From positions 1-64,000 of the forward strand of contig JBFXLE010000001.1 of the NCBI GenBank assembly GCA_050173015.1: a DNA stretch of 64,000 bases, in the 5' to 3' direction. The notes beneath the pieces were generated by a model. The model did no database searches. It was given only the letters and a program-made list of their open reading frames with translations, and was not told the origin of the DNA. The position numbers were made by a program, and so were the translations under genes. This document shows positions 37,741 to 47,376 of the stretch, piece after piece. The stretch comes from Calditrichaceae bacterium. Lineage in GTDB: Bacteria > Calditrichota > Calditrichia > Calditrichales > JBFXGD01. Numbering within the stretch: the stretch's first letter is position 1; each line of letters opens with the position of its first letter.

Positions 37741-38695
37741 GCTTTTCTACCTCCAGGCCAATCACTGCCGGTGTGATTTTATCAAGCAGCGGATTGCAGA
37801 GATTCATCAGCAGAATCGTAAATGCAACCCCGTCATGAAAAATTGAAAACGCGCGGATCAACACCAATAGCAATCCGCCTAATAAGCCGTATAACAACAT
37901 TGGTATTGGATTGACCGGAGACGTTGTGGATTCGGTTGCCAGAAAAAAAGCGGCAAAGATGGCGCTTCCCGATAAAATCTGAAAAAGGGGAGCCGCGAAT
38001 TGTGCCGGATTCAATCCGTGTAACAGCGCGCTATTTATCAAAACCCCCGCAAGAAATGAAACGGGAATGTGCCAGGTGATTTGTCTGGTCATTATCAGAA
38101 AAATTCCACCGGCAAGCAGCCACACGACCATGGCATTGCCCGTCCCCGCTACCTGATTCCCAAGGAAAAGATCACGGTATGAAAATAACGATTCAGCTCC
38201 CGTTCCCAGGGTTTTTACCAGCCGCATAGGTTCGATCATTTTTACGCCCCAGTCGGTTCCGATAAGTGAAGAAGTATAATCAAAGCGGGCGGGCCAGGAG
38301 ACCTGCATCATGGCAAAAGCCAGTAAAACGGGATGGACCGGGTAGCCGCCAAGTCCGCCGAACAACCGCTTGCCTCCAATCATGATGAAACAACCCGTCA
38401 AAATCATCCACCAGGTCGCGTTATGCGGCATCAAAAGCGCCAACAGAACCGCGAAAGTGACCGGATTCCAATTGGCGCTTTCATCCTTGGAAGGAAAAAA
38501 TTTGCTGAAAATCGCGTCTATGGTAACCGAAAACGCGATACACAACGCGAATACTGATAGTACGCTATCCCCTGATTTGAGCAGACTCGCGATTACTGCC
38601 GGAAGCATCGCCAGCAGCCATAAAATCTGCATTGTGAAAATCGAGCTCCCATCTCTCCAATGGGGATTTGCTGCTACATTCAACTTGTTGGACAT
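37733..38695 (-). CDS. rnfD: Rnf complex subunit D
   Basis: NPH, K.LFGGLG..PVHP, DLFLG, AFFLATE...SP, FTILLMN; start is 38695 or 38701. Confidence 0.88.
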   Translation of the reverse strand: MSNKLNVAANPHWRDGSSIFTMQILWLLAMLPAVIASLLKSGDSVLSVFALCIAFSVTIDAIFSKFFPSKDESANWNPVTFAVLLALLMPHNATWWMILTGCFIMIGGKRLFGGLGGYPVHPVLLAFAMMQVSWPARFDYTSSLIGTDWGVKMIEPMRLVKTLGTGAESLFSYRDLFLGNQVAGTGNAMVVWLLAGGIFLIMTRQITWHIPVSFLAGVLINSALLHGLNPAQFAAPLFQILSGSAIFAAFFLATESTTSPVNPIPMLLYGLLGGLLLVLIRAFSIFHDGVAFTILLMNLCNPLLDKITPAVIGLEVEKHA

Positions 38696-39986
38696 ATTCA
38701 TCCTGTTTTCCAATATATTTTTTAGTCATTTTTATAAGCTGTACCAGCGGCCGATGGGCGGGGCAGACATATCCGCACAAACCACACTCGTGACAAAGCT
38801 GCGGATTGAAATCCATCGCGTCGATGAACATATTATGTTCCGCGTACCGCCCGATTAAATGTACCTGCAAACGGGAAGGACAAACCCGTGTGCATCGGCC
38901 GCAGTTGATACAGGTTAGGTTTACTTCAAGGGGGATCTCCGATTCCTTCATCAGATACATTCCGTGGCTGGTTTTGGTTAACGGAGTCAGGTCGGTATAC
39001 ATCGCGATTCCCTTCATCGGCCCGCCTACAAGGATTCTCGAATAGTTTTGCGCGTTCAGATGCAGGTACTTCATTACATGCCGAAGAGTTGTTCCAATCG
39101 GAACCTTCAGAATAAACGGCCGGTCAATTTCAGTGCCGCTGATAGTCAAATATTTATCTACAAATGGAATTTCATTCTCCACCGCGTCAACCAGGTTGAG
39201 TAGATTTTCGCAGGATATCACCGCCACTCCGCGCGCCCGGTAAGGTTCAGTGTTTGCTATATCCGCGCCGCTCAGACGCGGAACAACCACTCGTTCTATT
39301 CTGTCCTTGTATTCCGACGATAAACCGGAAATATCAGCATATTTTCCGAAGGCGTCCCTGGCGAAAGATGTGAGATGATCCGGAACGGATAGAATGATTC
39401 GCCCGCGGGGAGCAAAATTCGCCAATTGCTGAAAACCGCGAATCAGTTTTTCACGTTCCATTTTTAGCAATGATTCACAGACAAAATGAGTCGGTTCTTC
39501 ATTTACTCCCTTAACAATGATGGTGTGCACTTCCGGAAAAGTATCTTCTTCTTCATGATGAAACTGGCCGGGAGTGGTCCAGGGAGAAATAATGCCGAGC
39601 GCTTTTAGCCTTTTTACGGTTGATAAAGTGCCGTAGTCCTGCTGAAATTGTTCTGAAATTTCTTCAGGTGTCAAAGCGGGTACATTGTTTCTCTGAATAA
39701 GAACCGTGGGAACATTAAAGATTCGGGCGGTCCAGACCGGCAGAATATCCCTTACAATGCCACTGATGGAACTATGAACGCAATGCCCCAGTTTTGACCT
39801 GCCGATCACCTGATATCTGCGGACCTGATCTCCGATACTGACAAGCGGTTTGTAAAATATCTGTCCGGGGTATTCCAGGGGGATAATGACATAAACAGGG
39901 TCCGCTAATTCCATTATTTCCGTCTGCCATTCCTCGCGGACCGGAACAGAACCAAGTGGTTTAATCAATTGCTTTATTCTTTTCAT
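38565..39986 (-). CDS. rnfC: RnfC-like subunit with degenerate NADH/FMN-binding motif
   Basis: N-terminal barrel (VHSSISG), SLBB (VPIGT), GGPMKG, CINCGRCTRVCP and CHECGLCGYVCP. Confidence 0.82.
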   Translation of the reverse strand: MKRIKQLIKPLGSVPVREEWQTEIMELADPVYVIIPLEYPGQIFYKPLVSIGDQVRRYQVIGRSKLGHCVHSSISGIVRDILPVWTARIFNVPTVLIQRNNVPALTPEEISEQFQQDYGTLSTVKRLKALGIISPWTTPGQFHHEEEDTFPEVHTIIVKGVNEEPTHFVCESLLKMEREKLIRGFQQLANFAPRGRIILSVPDHLTSFARDAFGKYADISGLSSEYKDRIERVVVPRLSGADIANTEPYRARGVAVISCENLLNLVDAVENEIPFVDKYLTISGTEIDRPFILKVPIGTTLRHVMKYLHLNAQNYSRILVGGPMKGIAMYTDLTPLTKTSHGMYLMKESEIPLEVNLTCINCGRCTRVCPSRLQVHLIGRYAEHNMFIDAMDFNPQLCHECGLCGYVCPAHRPLVQLIKMTKKYIGKQDEYVQQVECSSKSPLERWELDFHNADFMAAGDASGSNRESAQIRG

Positions 39987-40035
39987 TAGATTAGTACTTT
40001 CTTTGTCTGATCAACCGGCGTCCTTTATTGCCGAA

Positions 40036-40662
40036 TTATTTCAAATGACAGGCCTGACAACGAACACTGCCGTCCGGTTCAAAAAAATAATTTTCATTTT
40101 CCAGCCGGTGACAATCATTACACTGCTGATGATAAACTCCTTCTGAACTTTGCGGATTATGGCATCCGGTACATTCGTGTCCTTCGATTTCACAAAATTC
40201 ATCATGGTTTAAGAGATCAGCGTTGTACTCAGGATCATCGTGGCATTTTAAACAGTCAACACCCTTGGTTTCTTCATCCTGATTCTTAGCATGACAGGCC
40301 TTACAATTCTGTGGATTCCTGGTCTCATCGATCTTATGGCAGGTGACGCATTGATGTGATTCCACCTGCTTTAAATCAGCGTGCGTAAAATATTCCGCTT
40401 CCATTTCATCATGACATTCATTACACTCTACACGTTCATCCGCGCTGAGAATTTCATGATGGCATCCGGCGCAATTTTCCACAGTTTGCTGATGTTGACT
40501 ATGTTCAAAAAGGACATCGCCCCCTTTATTATGCATAAAGAAACGATTCCCGGATGATGATTCGGCTGTTGATAAATACCCCATAAAGCCGACTATGAAA
40601 GCAAGGACCGTCAAAAGTATCAATACTAATAATTTTTTGTTTTTTAAGAAATTACCATTCAT
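40036..40662 (-). CDS. Membrane-anchored octaheme cytochrome c (c3/DhcA-like)
   Basis: Eight CxxCH motifs, GGDVLFEH c3-type motif, N-terminal hydrophobic segment. Confidence 0.9.
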   Translation of the reverse strand: MNGNFLKNKKLLVLILLTVLAFIVGFMGYLSTAESSSGNRFFMHNKGGDVLFEHSQHQQTVENCAGCHHEILSADERVECNECHDEMEAEYFTHADLKQVESHQCVTCHKIDETRNPQNCKACHAKNQDEETKGVDCLKCHDDPEYNADLLNHDEFCEIEGHECTGCHNPQSSEGVYHQQCNDCHRLENENYFFEPDGSVRCQACHLK

Positions 40663-41128
40663 CGCTGTCTTCTATCATAATTAATTTTTCATGTTCCGGT
40701 GAAAGCGCGTGCCAATGGCAGCTAATCTTTGTACAAATAAAGAAAGGCACTTTCAGAGTGGGGCTGCCGATCAGAAAACTTGCCGCGCTCGATTTGCATA
40801 TCGCGCATTTTCGGGTCGTGACCACTAAGGATTTATGACAATGCGGGCATCTAAAATCCTTCGCTTCTTCGGATTCGGTTAGTTTGATAGTTGTGAAATG
40901 TTCAAAGGAGTTCAAATATGGGCTTAGCGCTAATTGGCCTGTTTCACCGGTCAATCTGACCAGCTCGATATACAGCTTATTACCGATGGTAAGCTCTTTC
41001 AGGCAATGTGGACAGAATGAGTTTAAATAGGTTCCGCTTTTAATTTTGGTGCGTTCATTGTACTTGTGTGATTTCCAAAAAATATTCTGCCAGCTATCCT
41101 GTAAATCATCCTGCTTTTCCGACATCAT
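40652..41128 (-). CDS. Cys-rich hypothetical protein, first gene of the rnf operon
   Basis: CPHC x2, CAIC, C..ISCHWH; overlaps the cytochrome start. Confidence 0.75.
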   Translation of the reverse strand: MMSEKQDDLQDSWQNIFWKSHKYNERTKIKSGTYLNSFCPHCLKELTIGNKLYIELVRLTGETGQLALSPYLNSFEHFTTIKLTESEEAKDFRCPHCHKSLVVTTRKCAICKSSAASFLIGSPTLKVPFFICTKISCHWHALSPEHEKLIMIEDSDEW

Positions 41129-41177
41129 GAAAGTGCCTTTCAAATTATTTTATGCCGACATTTTTTCCATAGAAAAG

Positions 41178-41302
41178 ACAAATACAATGCCAGAACCCTA
41201 TTCCGTGTAACTGCATAAAAAACAATGTTTATAAGAATGGGTTTGACCGCTGCCTATTGCAATAATGCAATTTGGAGTGTTTTAAGAGGTGCGTTTGTGC
41301 AA
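41178..41302 (-). promoter_or_regulatory. Sigma54 promoter (TGGCATTGTATTTGT) with tandem TTGCA-N4-TGCAA enhancer sites
   Basis: -24/-12 box at 41178-41192; palindromes at 41257-41270 and 41289-41302. Confidence 0.7.
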
Positions 41303-41444
41303 TGAACTAAAAAATGGAAGATCAAAGCGACGTCATCAATTGATGTTCATAATATTTTATCCGGAACAAAAAGCGAATCAGAAGCCGCCAAGACCGGAAG
41401 ATAAGGCAACAGGGAGGCGATCAGGAAAGGAATCCGTTTTGATT

Positions 41445-42392
41445 CTATGAAGAAAGCCCGCTGAATCGCCGCATGTAGAACTGATGGCCCTCATAGGGTA
41501 TATTTATGATTTGTTTTCGCGCGATTAGTTTATCCACGACTCTCCAATCGGAATGGGTTTCCTGAAGAAAACGGATCAGCGCGTCAATCCGCATTGGTTG
41601 AACCGCGAGCAGATTGAGCAGATCTTCCTCAACACGTCCGGTCTTGTCAAAGCCGCCGTCATTATAGTCCAGTAAATATTCTACATTTTTTATCCGCCGG
41701 TTAAAATTTTGAAAGACCCGGTTTACGGTTTCTTCCGTTGGTGGTACTATCCGCCCGGAGGCGGGCGAGCCGATAGGGGCAGAAATATAGGAGACGGCCG
41801 GATTTAATCTGGCGATAAATTCGGCGGTCTGTTCAACGCAGGCGGTACCGGTATTGATGCCCTCCACCAGCATGGTTTCTGTGTTCAGAGACCCGTTGAA
41901 TTCGTCCGCGAACCGCAGTTGTCCCTGCATGATCCGACGCAGGTTTAGTTGATGATGCGGATTGTTCAGCTTTTGCCAGACACCTTCATCTACGGAATCG
42001 ATTTTGATCGATACCCAGTCAGCTTTACACAGATCCGCCCGTGTCTCATCATTATATAGTAAAGAACCATTGGTAATGACGGCCAGTTTGATGTTAAAAA
42101 ATCTGACCAGGTCGAAAATTCTACCCAGATTTTGATCAAGTGTGGGCTCACCAGCGGGTATGATTGTCAGGAAATCAATTTTATCATTATTTTCTTTGGT
42201 TTTTATGATAAGATCCTGAAGATCGGCAAAGATATCCTGTGGATTGAGATATACGGATCTTTGGCATTTTTTGCTTTTAATTTTCCCGACCCGGCAGTGG
42301 CTGCAGGAATATGTACATATTTTGGAGGGCAGGTTATTGATTCCCAGACATTTTCCCAGCCTTCCGGACGTGATCGGCCCAAAGGCAATCAT
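41445..42392 (-). CDS. Radical SAM protein
   Basis: FGP..S.RLG..LGIN, CTYSCSHC, GEPTL, TNGSLL; ATG at 42392 with GGGAGG RBS. Confidence 0.88.
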   Translation of the reverse strand: MIAFGPITSGRLGKCLGINNLPSKICTYSCSHCRVGKIKSKKCQRSVYLNPQDIFADLQDLIIKTKENNDKIDFLTIIPAGEPTLDQNLGRIFDLVRFFNIKLAVITNGSLLYNDETRADLCKADWVSIKIDSVDEGVWQKLNNPHHQLNLRRIMQGQLRFADEFNGSLNTETMLVEGINTGTACVEQTAEFIARLNPAVSYISAPIGSPASGRIVPPTEETVNRVFQNFNRRIKNVEYLLDYNDGGFDKTGRVEEDLLNLLAVQPMRIDALIRFLQETHSDWRVVDKLIARKQIINIPYEGHQFYMRRFSGLSS

Positions 42393-42474
42393 AGATCGAT
42401 ATGCCTCCCGGATGTTGATTAGAATTGAAAGACGACCCGTTTGGTCAAGATTTATCACAATATATCTGATGATA

Positions 42475-42600
42475 TCAAAAATACTGCCAGAATTATTTCA
42501 GACGTTATTTATAATGGAAACAACGATTAAGGCAATTCGGGTAAAATAGGGTAAGTTGCAACTTTGCGCATCAGAAGATAAGATAATTGCATTTTTGCAA
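42475..42600 (-). promoter_or_regulatory. Second sigma54 promoter (TGGCAGTATTTTTGA) with the same tandem enhancer sites
   Basis: -24/-12 box at 42475-42489; palindromes at 42556-42569 and 42587-42600. Confidence 0.7.
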
Positions 42601-42625
42601 TGGAGTTTGGGGCGCGGCTCCGGGG

Positions 42626-44353
42626 TTATGAATCAGATTCTTTATCCAGCAGACCGTACTTTTTCATTTTTCTCCACAGAGTACTTTTATCAATGTTCAG
42701 GATTTTTGCCGTTAGCGCGCGGTTGTTGTCATTTTGCAGCAGCGTTTGCCGGATCATCGATTTTTCAGCGTCTTCCAACAGATTTTTATTATCCGGATAT
42801 TTGTCGGGAGATTCAGAAGCGGCGGGATTTTCATCCATCAACCAGTCGGGCAGATGCTGCATTTGAATGGACTTCTCATGGCACATCACAAAAGCGTGCT
42901 CCAGCACATTTTCAAGTTCTCTTATGTTCCCGGGCCAGTAATAATCCATAAGGGTATGATACGCTTTGGAGGAGATATCATTGATCTCCTTATCAAATTT
43001 TTCACTGAATTTTCGGAGAAAATGATCCACCAGCAGCGGCAAATCATCCATTCTTTCCCTCAGAGGGGGCATATGAATATTGATGACATTCAGCCGGTAA
43101 TACAGATCTTCCCTGAACCGACCCTTTTTGACTTCCTCATACAGGCTTTTATTGGTTGCCGCCAGGATGCGTACATCCATTTGAATTGGTTTGGATCCAC
43201 CAACGCGTTCAAACTGTTTTGTCTCCAGGACGCGCAGCAATTTTACCTGAACAGCGGGGGAAATGTCCCCGATTTCATCAAGAAAAAGCGTTCCTTTGTT
43301 GGCGAGCTCAAAATGACCGGTTCTTGTTCGCGTGGCGCCGGTAAATGATCCTTTCTCATGCCCGAACAACTCGCTCTCAAGAAGTGATTCGACAAAAGCG
43401 CTGCAGTTTAATGCCATAAAAGGTTTTGATCGGCGAGCGCAGTTCAGGTGCAGCGCCCTGGCCACCAGCTCTTTCCCGGTACCGCTTTCCCCGGTTATCA
43501 GGACGGTCGTATCGCTCTGGGCGACATTTTTTAGCAGGGCGTAAATTTTTTGCATCGACTTACTGCGGCCAATCAGATTTTCAAAACTGTAGCGTTCCTT
43601 TAGGTGATTCGCCAAGTTTTTCAGTTCGGAGATATCACTAAAGGTTTCCACTCCGCCGATACATTCACCATCCGCGTTAAATAGCGGAGCCGAATTGACA
43701 CGGACCGGTATTTTATGTCCGTCTTTATGTAAGATACAGAGTTCACGGTCAGGAGAGACTTCCTTGCCCTTCATGGTCGCTTCCATATGACAATTATTGT
43801 GGCATAGATCTGAACAAAACAGTTCCCAGCATTTTTTCCCAATGGCTTCGGTTCTGGCATAACCGGTTATTTTTTCCGCCGCGCGATTAAAGGAGGTAAT
43901 TGCCCAGTCATTGTTAATCGTGAAGGTGCCCTCTGATCTGCTGTTAAATATGGCTTCCAGTTTATTTTTCTCATTGATGATTTCTCTGGTTTTTTCCAGG
44001 ACAGACTCAGATAATCTTTGCATTTCCCTGGTATCGCGGAAGACAAAAACCACGCTTACAATCTCTTTTGTAGATCGTTTGATGGGAGTGATGGAAGAAA
44101 GAACGTTGACTTGCTGCCCATCGGCTCGGGAAAGATTTAATGAAAGATTTGAAAAGGATTCGCCTGATTTTAACGCCTGGCGGATAGCGTCGCTGTCTTT
44201 TTTCGAATTACTGAACAGCATATTATAATCACGCAGAATGACCTGTTCTTCAGTAAACCCGGTTATTCTGCTGGCCGCTTCGTTAAACGCGATGATCTTG
44301 TTGTGCCGGTCGATGACAGCTGTACCGTCAGGACAAATTAGATTTATATCCAC
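42626..44353 (-). CDS. Sigma54-dependent enhancer-binding regulator (PAS-PAS-AAA+-Fis HTH)
   Basis: GESGTGKE, ESELFGHEKGSFTGA, LFLDEIG, FREDLYYRLNV, WPGNIREL. Confidence 0.95.
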   Translation of the reverse strand: MDINLICPDGTAVIDRHNKIIAFNEAASRITGFTEEQVILRDYNMLFSNSKKDSDAIRQALKSGESFSNLSLNLSRADGQQVNVLSSITPIKRSTKEIVSVVFVFRDTREMQRLSESVLEKTREIINEKNKLEAIFNSRSEGTFTINNDWAITSFNRAAEKITGYARTEAIGKKCWELFCSDLCHNNCHMEATMKGKEVSPDRELCILHKDGHKIPVRVNSAPLFNADGECIGGVETFSDISELKNLANHLKERYSFENLIGRSKSMQKIYALLKNVAQSDTTVLITGESGTGKELVARALHLNCARRSKPFMALNCSAFVESLLESELFGHEKGSFTGATRTRTGHFELANKGTLFLDEIGDISPAVQVKLLRVLETKQFERVGGSKPIQMDVRILAATNKSLYEEVKKGRFREDLYYRLNVINIHMPPLRERMDDLPLLVDHFLRKFSEKFDKEINDISSKAYHTLMDYYWPGNIRELENVLEHAFVMCHEKSIQMQHLPDWLMDENPAASESPDKYPDNKNLLEDAEKSMIRQTLLQNDNNRALTAKILNIDKSTLWRKMKKYGLLDKESDS

Positions 44354-44529
44354 GTCAAATATATCTTTAAAATCATGTTAAAATAGTGTTCAGAGCAAAA
44401 CTTTTTTCGGAACACCACATCTTGTTAAATATTTCACTAAAAAGAAAGTAATACTATTTAAAGACGTTATCAACCATAATAAAAGATATTTTTAAACGCG
44501 CGGGCCACTAAAAAACGTTTGGTTGGGAA

Positions 44530-44663
44530 TGTGATTTTCGTCAGGATGATATGGATCATTCCATACCGGAGGCTCCAGGCCGGAAGAGAGGGATGTATTT
44601 ATCCGGAAACCGATCAGCCTGGCATACTCACTTGAGAAAATATATGAAGCACTGAACGGCTAA
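44530..44663 (+). pseudogene. Possible decayed response-regulator receiver fragment
   Basis: Frames give VIFV.. and DVFIRKPISLAYSLEKIYEALN, like a REC C-terminus; frameshifted. Confidence 0.35.
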
Positions 44664-44880
44664 TTCTATGATGGAAAAATTTTCAAATTATGAATAATAG
44701 ATTTTTGAAGTTCCAGGGGCAATTATTTTTTAAGTTTGAGCGGTTTGTCCGAATCCGGCTGGGTGGTGTTCATTCCGGATTAACTTCTATCAAAATGGGT
44801 TATTCCAACCGGAGCAGAAATAAATGGAAAAATGGATATTGGACCTAAAAAGCCTTAAATTTCCACCATACATTATTTCC

Positions 44881-44910
44881 TTGAGCGAAACGCTTAATGA
44901 AGCATATAAT
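44881..44910 (+). promoter_or_regulatory. Sigma70-like promoter TTGAGC-N18-TATAAT
   Basis: Perfect -10 box directly upstream of the small ORF. Confidence 0.6.
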
Positions 44911-44933
44911 AATTATTGGATCGGAGGTTTTAT

Positions 44934-45041
44934 ATGGCTAAGGGCAGAGATAAAGGTAAATCAGAGGAAAAGAAAAAACCGAAAAAGAACATAAAAGAAA
45001 AAAGAAAAGCAAAAAAAGATAAAGGTTCAAAAACTTCGTGA
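44934..45041 (+). CDS. 35-aa Lys-rich small protein (below the ORF-track cutoff)
   Basis: GGAGG RBS and promoter; MAKGRDKGKSEEKKKPKKNIKEKRKAKKDKGSKTS. Confidence 0.7.
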   Translation: MAKGRDKGKSEEKKKPKKNIKEKRKAKKDKGSKTS

Positions 45042-45514
45042 TTCTTGAAAAGTTCAATCTTTGATCATCACATTTATATATTAGTTAAACTGGAAGAGTG
45101 TTTTTTCGGATTGGGATAATGAAGATCGTAAAACCGGGAAAAATCAGCTCTTGTCAGATTTTATATAAAATGTACGCTTTTAATTTTGAGATGAGATTTA
45201 ATTGATATACCGAATCAGGCATATGTGGTAAATTAAAGCGCCGGAAAGAACTGGTCTCTGTTCTTCCGGGATAGATAATTCTAAAGGTCGTTTGGGTTGT
45301 GAACAACAAGGCCGCGATTTTTTTCATGTGATTGCCTGCCGAGTCGCGTAATAATGCTCCAACAGCAAATGATTATTATTTACTGAAATAAGGATGAAAT
45401 GCCGGCATAATACAGATATCGTGATTAGTTTGAATAAATTCTTTTAACCATTAGAGAACTTATATATTCCGGGCATAAAAATATAATTTTTTTACAACTT
45501 TCAAGGAACAAAGC

Positions 45515-47059
45515 GTGGGTCAAAAAAAGGAAAAAGGGGTTATTCCCGCCGAAATAGATCAGTGTATAAAGATGCTTAACCACCTCGTTAGTCACAGCGA
45601 AGATTTTGTGGCGCTGCCCAGAGAAAAGCAGATCGAATTAATGAAAATTGCCGGTCAGCTCTCCAGACCGGATTCTCAGCAGATAAAACAACGCAGGAAA
45701 GCCTCGCGCGAAAAGAAAAAACAACAAATAGTTACAAAGGAAAGAAAAGCAAGAGCGGCGACGGGGATCCGTTCAGCCAGGGAAGCGGCGGTATATTCCG
45801 CGCCTTTGCAAATCTCAGGCGCGTCCATCCCCGCGGGAGAAGAAATGGTATTAGAGTCACCCCGTAATTGCTATATTTGCAAATCTGAATTTACAAAACT
45901 CCATTTTTTTTATGATACCATGTGCTCCGGATGCGCGGAACTGAACTATCAAAAACGATTCCAGACCGCGGATTTAACGGGACAGGTGGCCTTGATCACC
46001 GGATCGCGTTTGAAAATCGGCTATCAGGCAACAATAATGATGTTACGGGCGGGCGCGACTGTGATCGCGACTACCAGATTTCCGATCGATTCAGCGCTCA
46101 GATATTCAAAGGAAAAAGACTTTAACGAATGGAAAGACCGGCTGCACATTTATGGACTGGATTTAAGGCATATACCGAGTGTGGAGATCTTTTGCAGCCA
46201 TATTGAACAGACTTTTGACCGGTTGGATATCTTAATCAATAACGCGGCCCAAACCGTACGTCGTCCGCCGGGATTCTATGCGCATCTGATGCCAAACGAG
46301 AACAAAGGATGGCATGAGTTTCCTGAGAATATCCGGAATCTGATGCTGAGCTATCAGCAGTGCGCCGCAAAATTAAATTCTTTATCCACGGCCGATCCGG
46401 AATCAGATCCTTCCCTTCCTGTGGCCTGGAATGGCAATCAGCCGGGAATAGGTTTGATAAAATCCGCGCAATTGTCTCAAATACCCTACGCGTATGATAA
46501 CGCGCTGCCTACGGACACCGTTTTTCCCAAAGGAGAACTGGATGTTGACTTACAGCAGGTTGATTTACGGACAAACAACAGCTGGCGGCTCAAGCTCGGT
46601 GAGATCCAAACGGTGGAGATGCTTGAAATCCAGCTTATTAACGCCGTGGCCCCCTTTGTGTTAAGCAATAAGCTAATTCCTTTAATGAAGAAGGATTTTA
46701 CCGGACAAAAACATATCGTTAACGTCTCCGCTATGGAAGGCAAGTTTTTACGTTTTAAAAAGGGAGAGCGTCATCCTCACACCAATATGGCCAAAGCCGC
46801 CCTCAATATGTTAACCCATACCTCCGCCAGTGAGCTTGCTCAGCACGGTATTTTTATGAACGCGGTGGATACGGGCTGGGTAACGGATGAAGACCCGGCG
46901 CAACTTTCCAAACTAAAACAGGAACTGCACGATTTTCAGCCGCCTTTGGATATTGTTGACGGCGCGGCGCGCGTATGTGATCCCTTTTTTGACGGCATCA
47001 ATACCGGTAAACACTGGAGCGGCAAGTTTTTAAAAGATTATTTCCCCATTGACTGGTGA
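45515..47059 (+). CDS. SDR family oxidoreductase with N-terminal coiled-coil and CxxC/CxxC extension
   Basis: [44 protein letters not shown] and CSGC. Confidence 0.85.
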   Translation: MGQKKEKGVIPAEIDQCIKMLNHLVSHSEDFVALPREKQIELMKIAGQLSRPDSQQIKQRRKASREKKKQQIVTKERKARAATGIRSAREAAVYSAPLQISGASIPAGEEMVLESPRNCYICKSEFTKLHFFYDTMCSGCAELNYQKRFQTADLTGQVALITGSRLKIGYQATIMMLRAGATVIATTRFPIDSALRYSKEKDFNEWKDRLHIYGLDLRHIPSVEIFCSHIEQTFDRLDILINNAAQTVRRPPGFYAHLMPNENKGWHEFPENIRNLMLSYQQCAAKLNSLSTADPESDPSLPVAWNGNQPGIGLIKSAQLSQIPYAYDNALPTDTVFPKGELDVDLQQVDLRTNNSWRLKLGEIQTVEMLEIQLINAVAPFVLSNKLIPLMKKDFTGQKHIVNVSAMEGKFLRFKKGERHPHTNMAKAALNMLTHTSASELAQHGIFMNAVDTGWVTDEDPAQLSKLKQELHDFQPPLDIVDGAARVCDPFFDGINTGKHWSGKFLKDYFPIDW

Positions 47060-47376
47060 GAATGATTTCATACATTATTGTATATTGATTTTTTCAACGC
47101 AAACAATAATGCGGATCGTCATTAGGGTCGGTTATGCCCGAAAAATTTTATATAAGCAATAAATACTCAGGCATTCGCGTCGAAAAAGTATGACCGCATT
47201 AAATACCAAAGAAACCAAAATTATCATCATTGTTTTCAACATGAATGACCTGACAGACATATTTCAGTCATCAGGGTAATCATAGTTCCTTTAATGTGCT
47301 ATATTCAACTACCTGACATTGTTCTTGCTTTTTGGTTTAAATTTCTTAGAATAGGGGTACTAAAGGTACCATAACT

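Noticed and set aside
47075-47140. attC site before the AbiE pair (GTTATGC at 47131)
   Set aside because: No matching R''/L boxes found upstream and no attC after abiEii.
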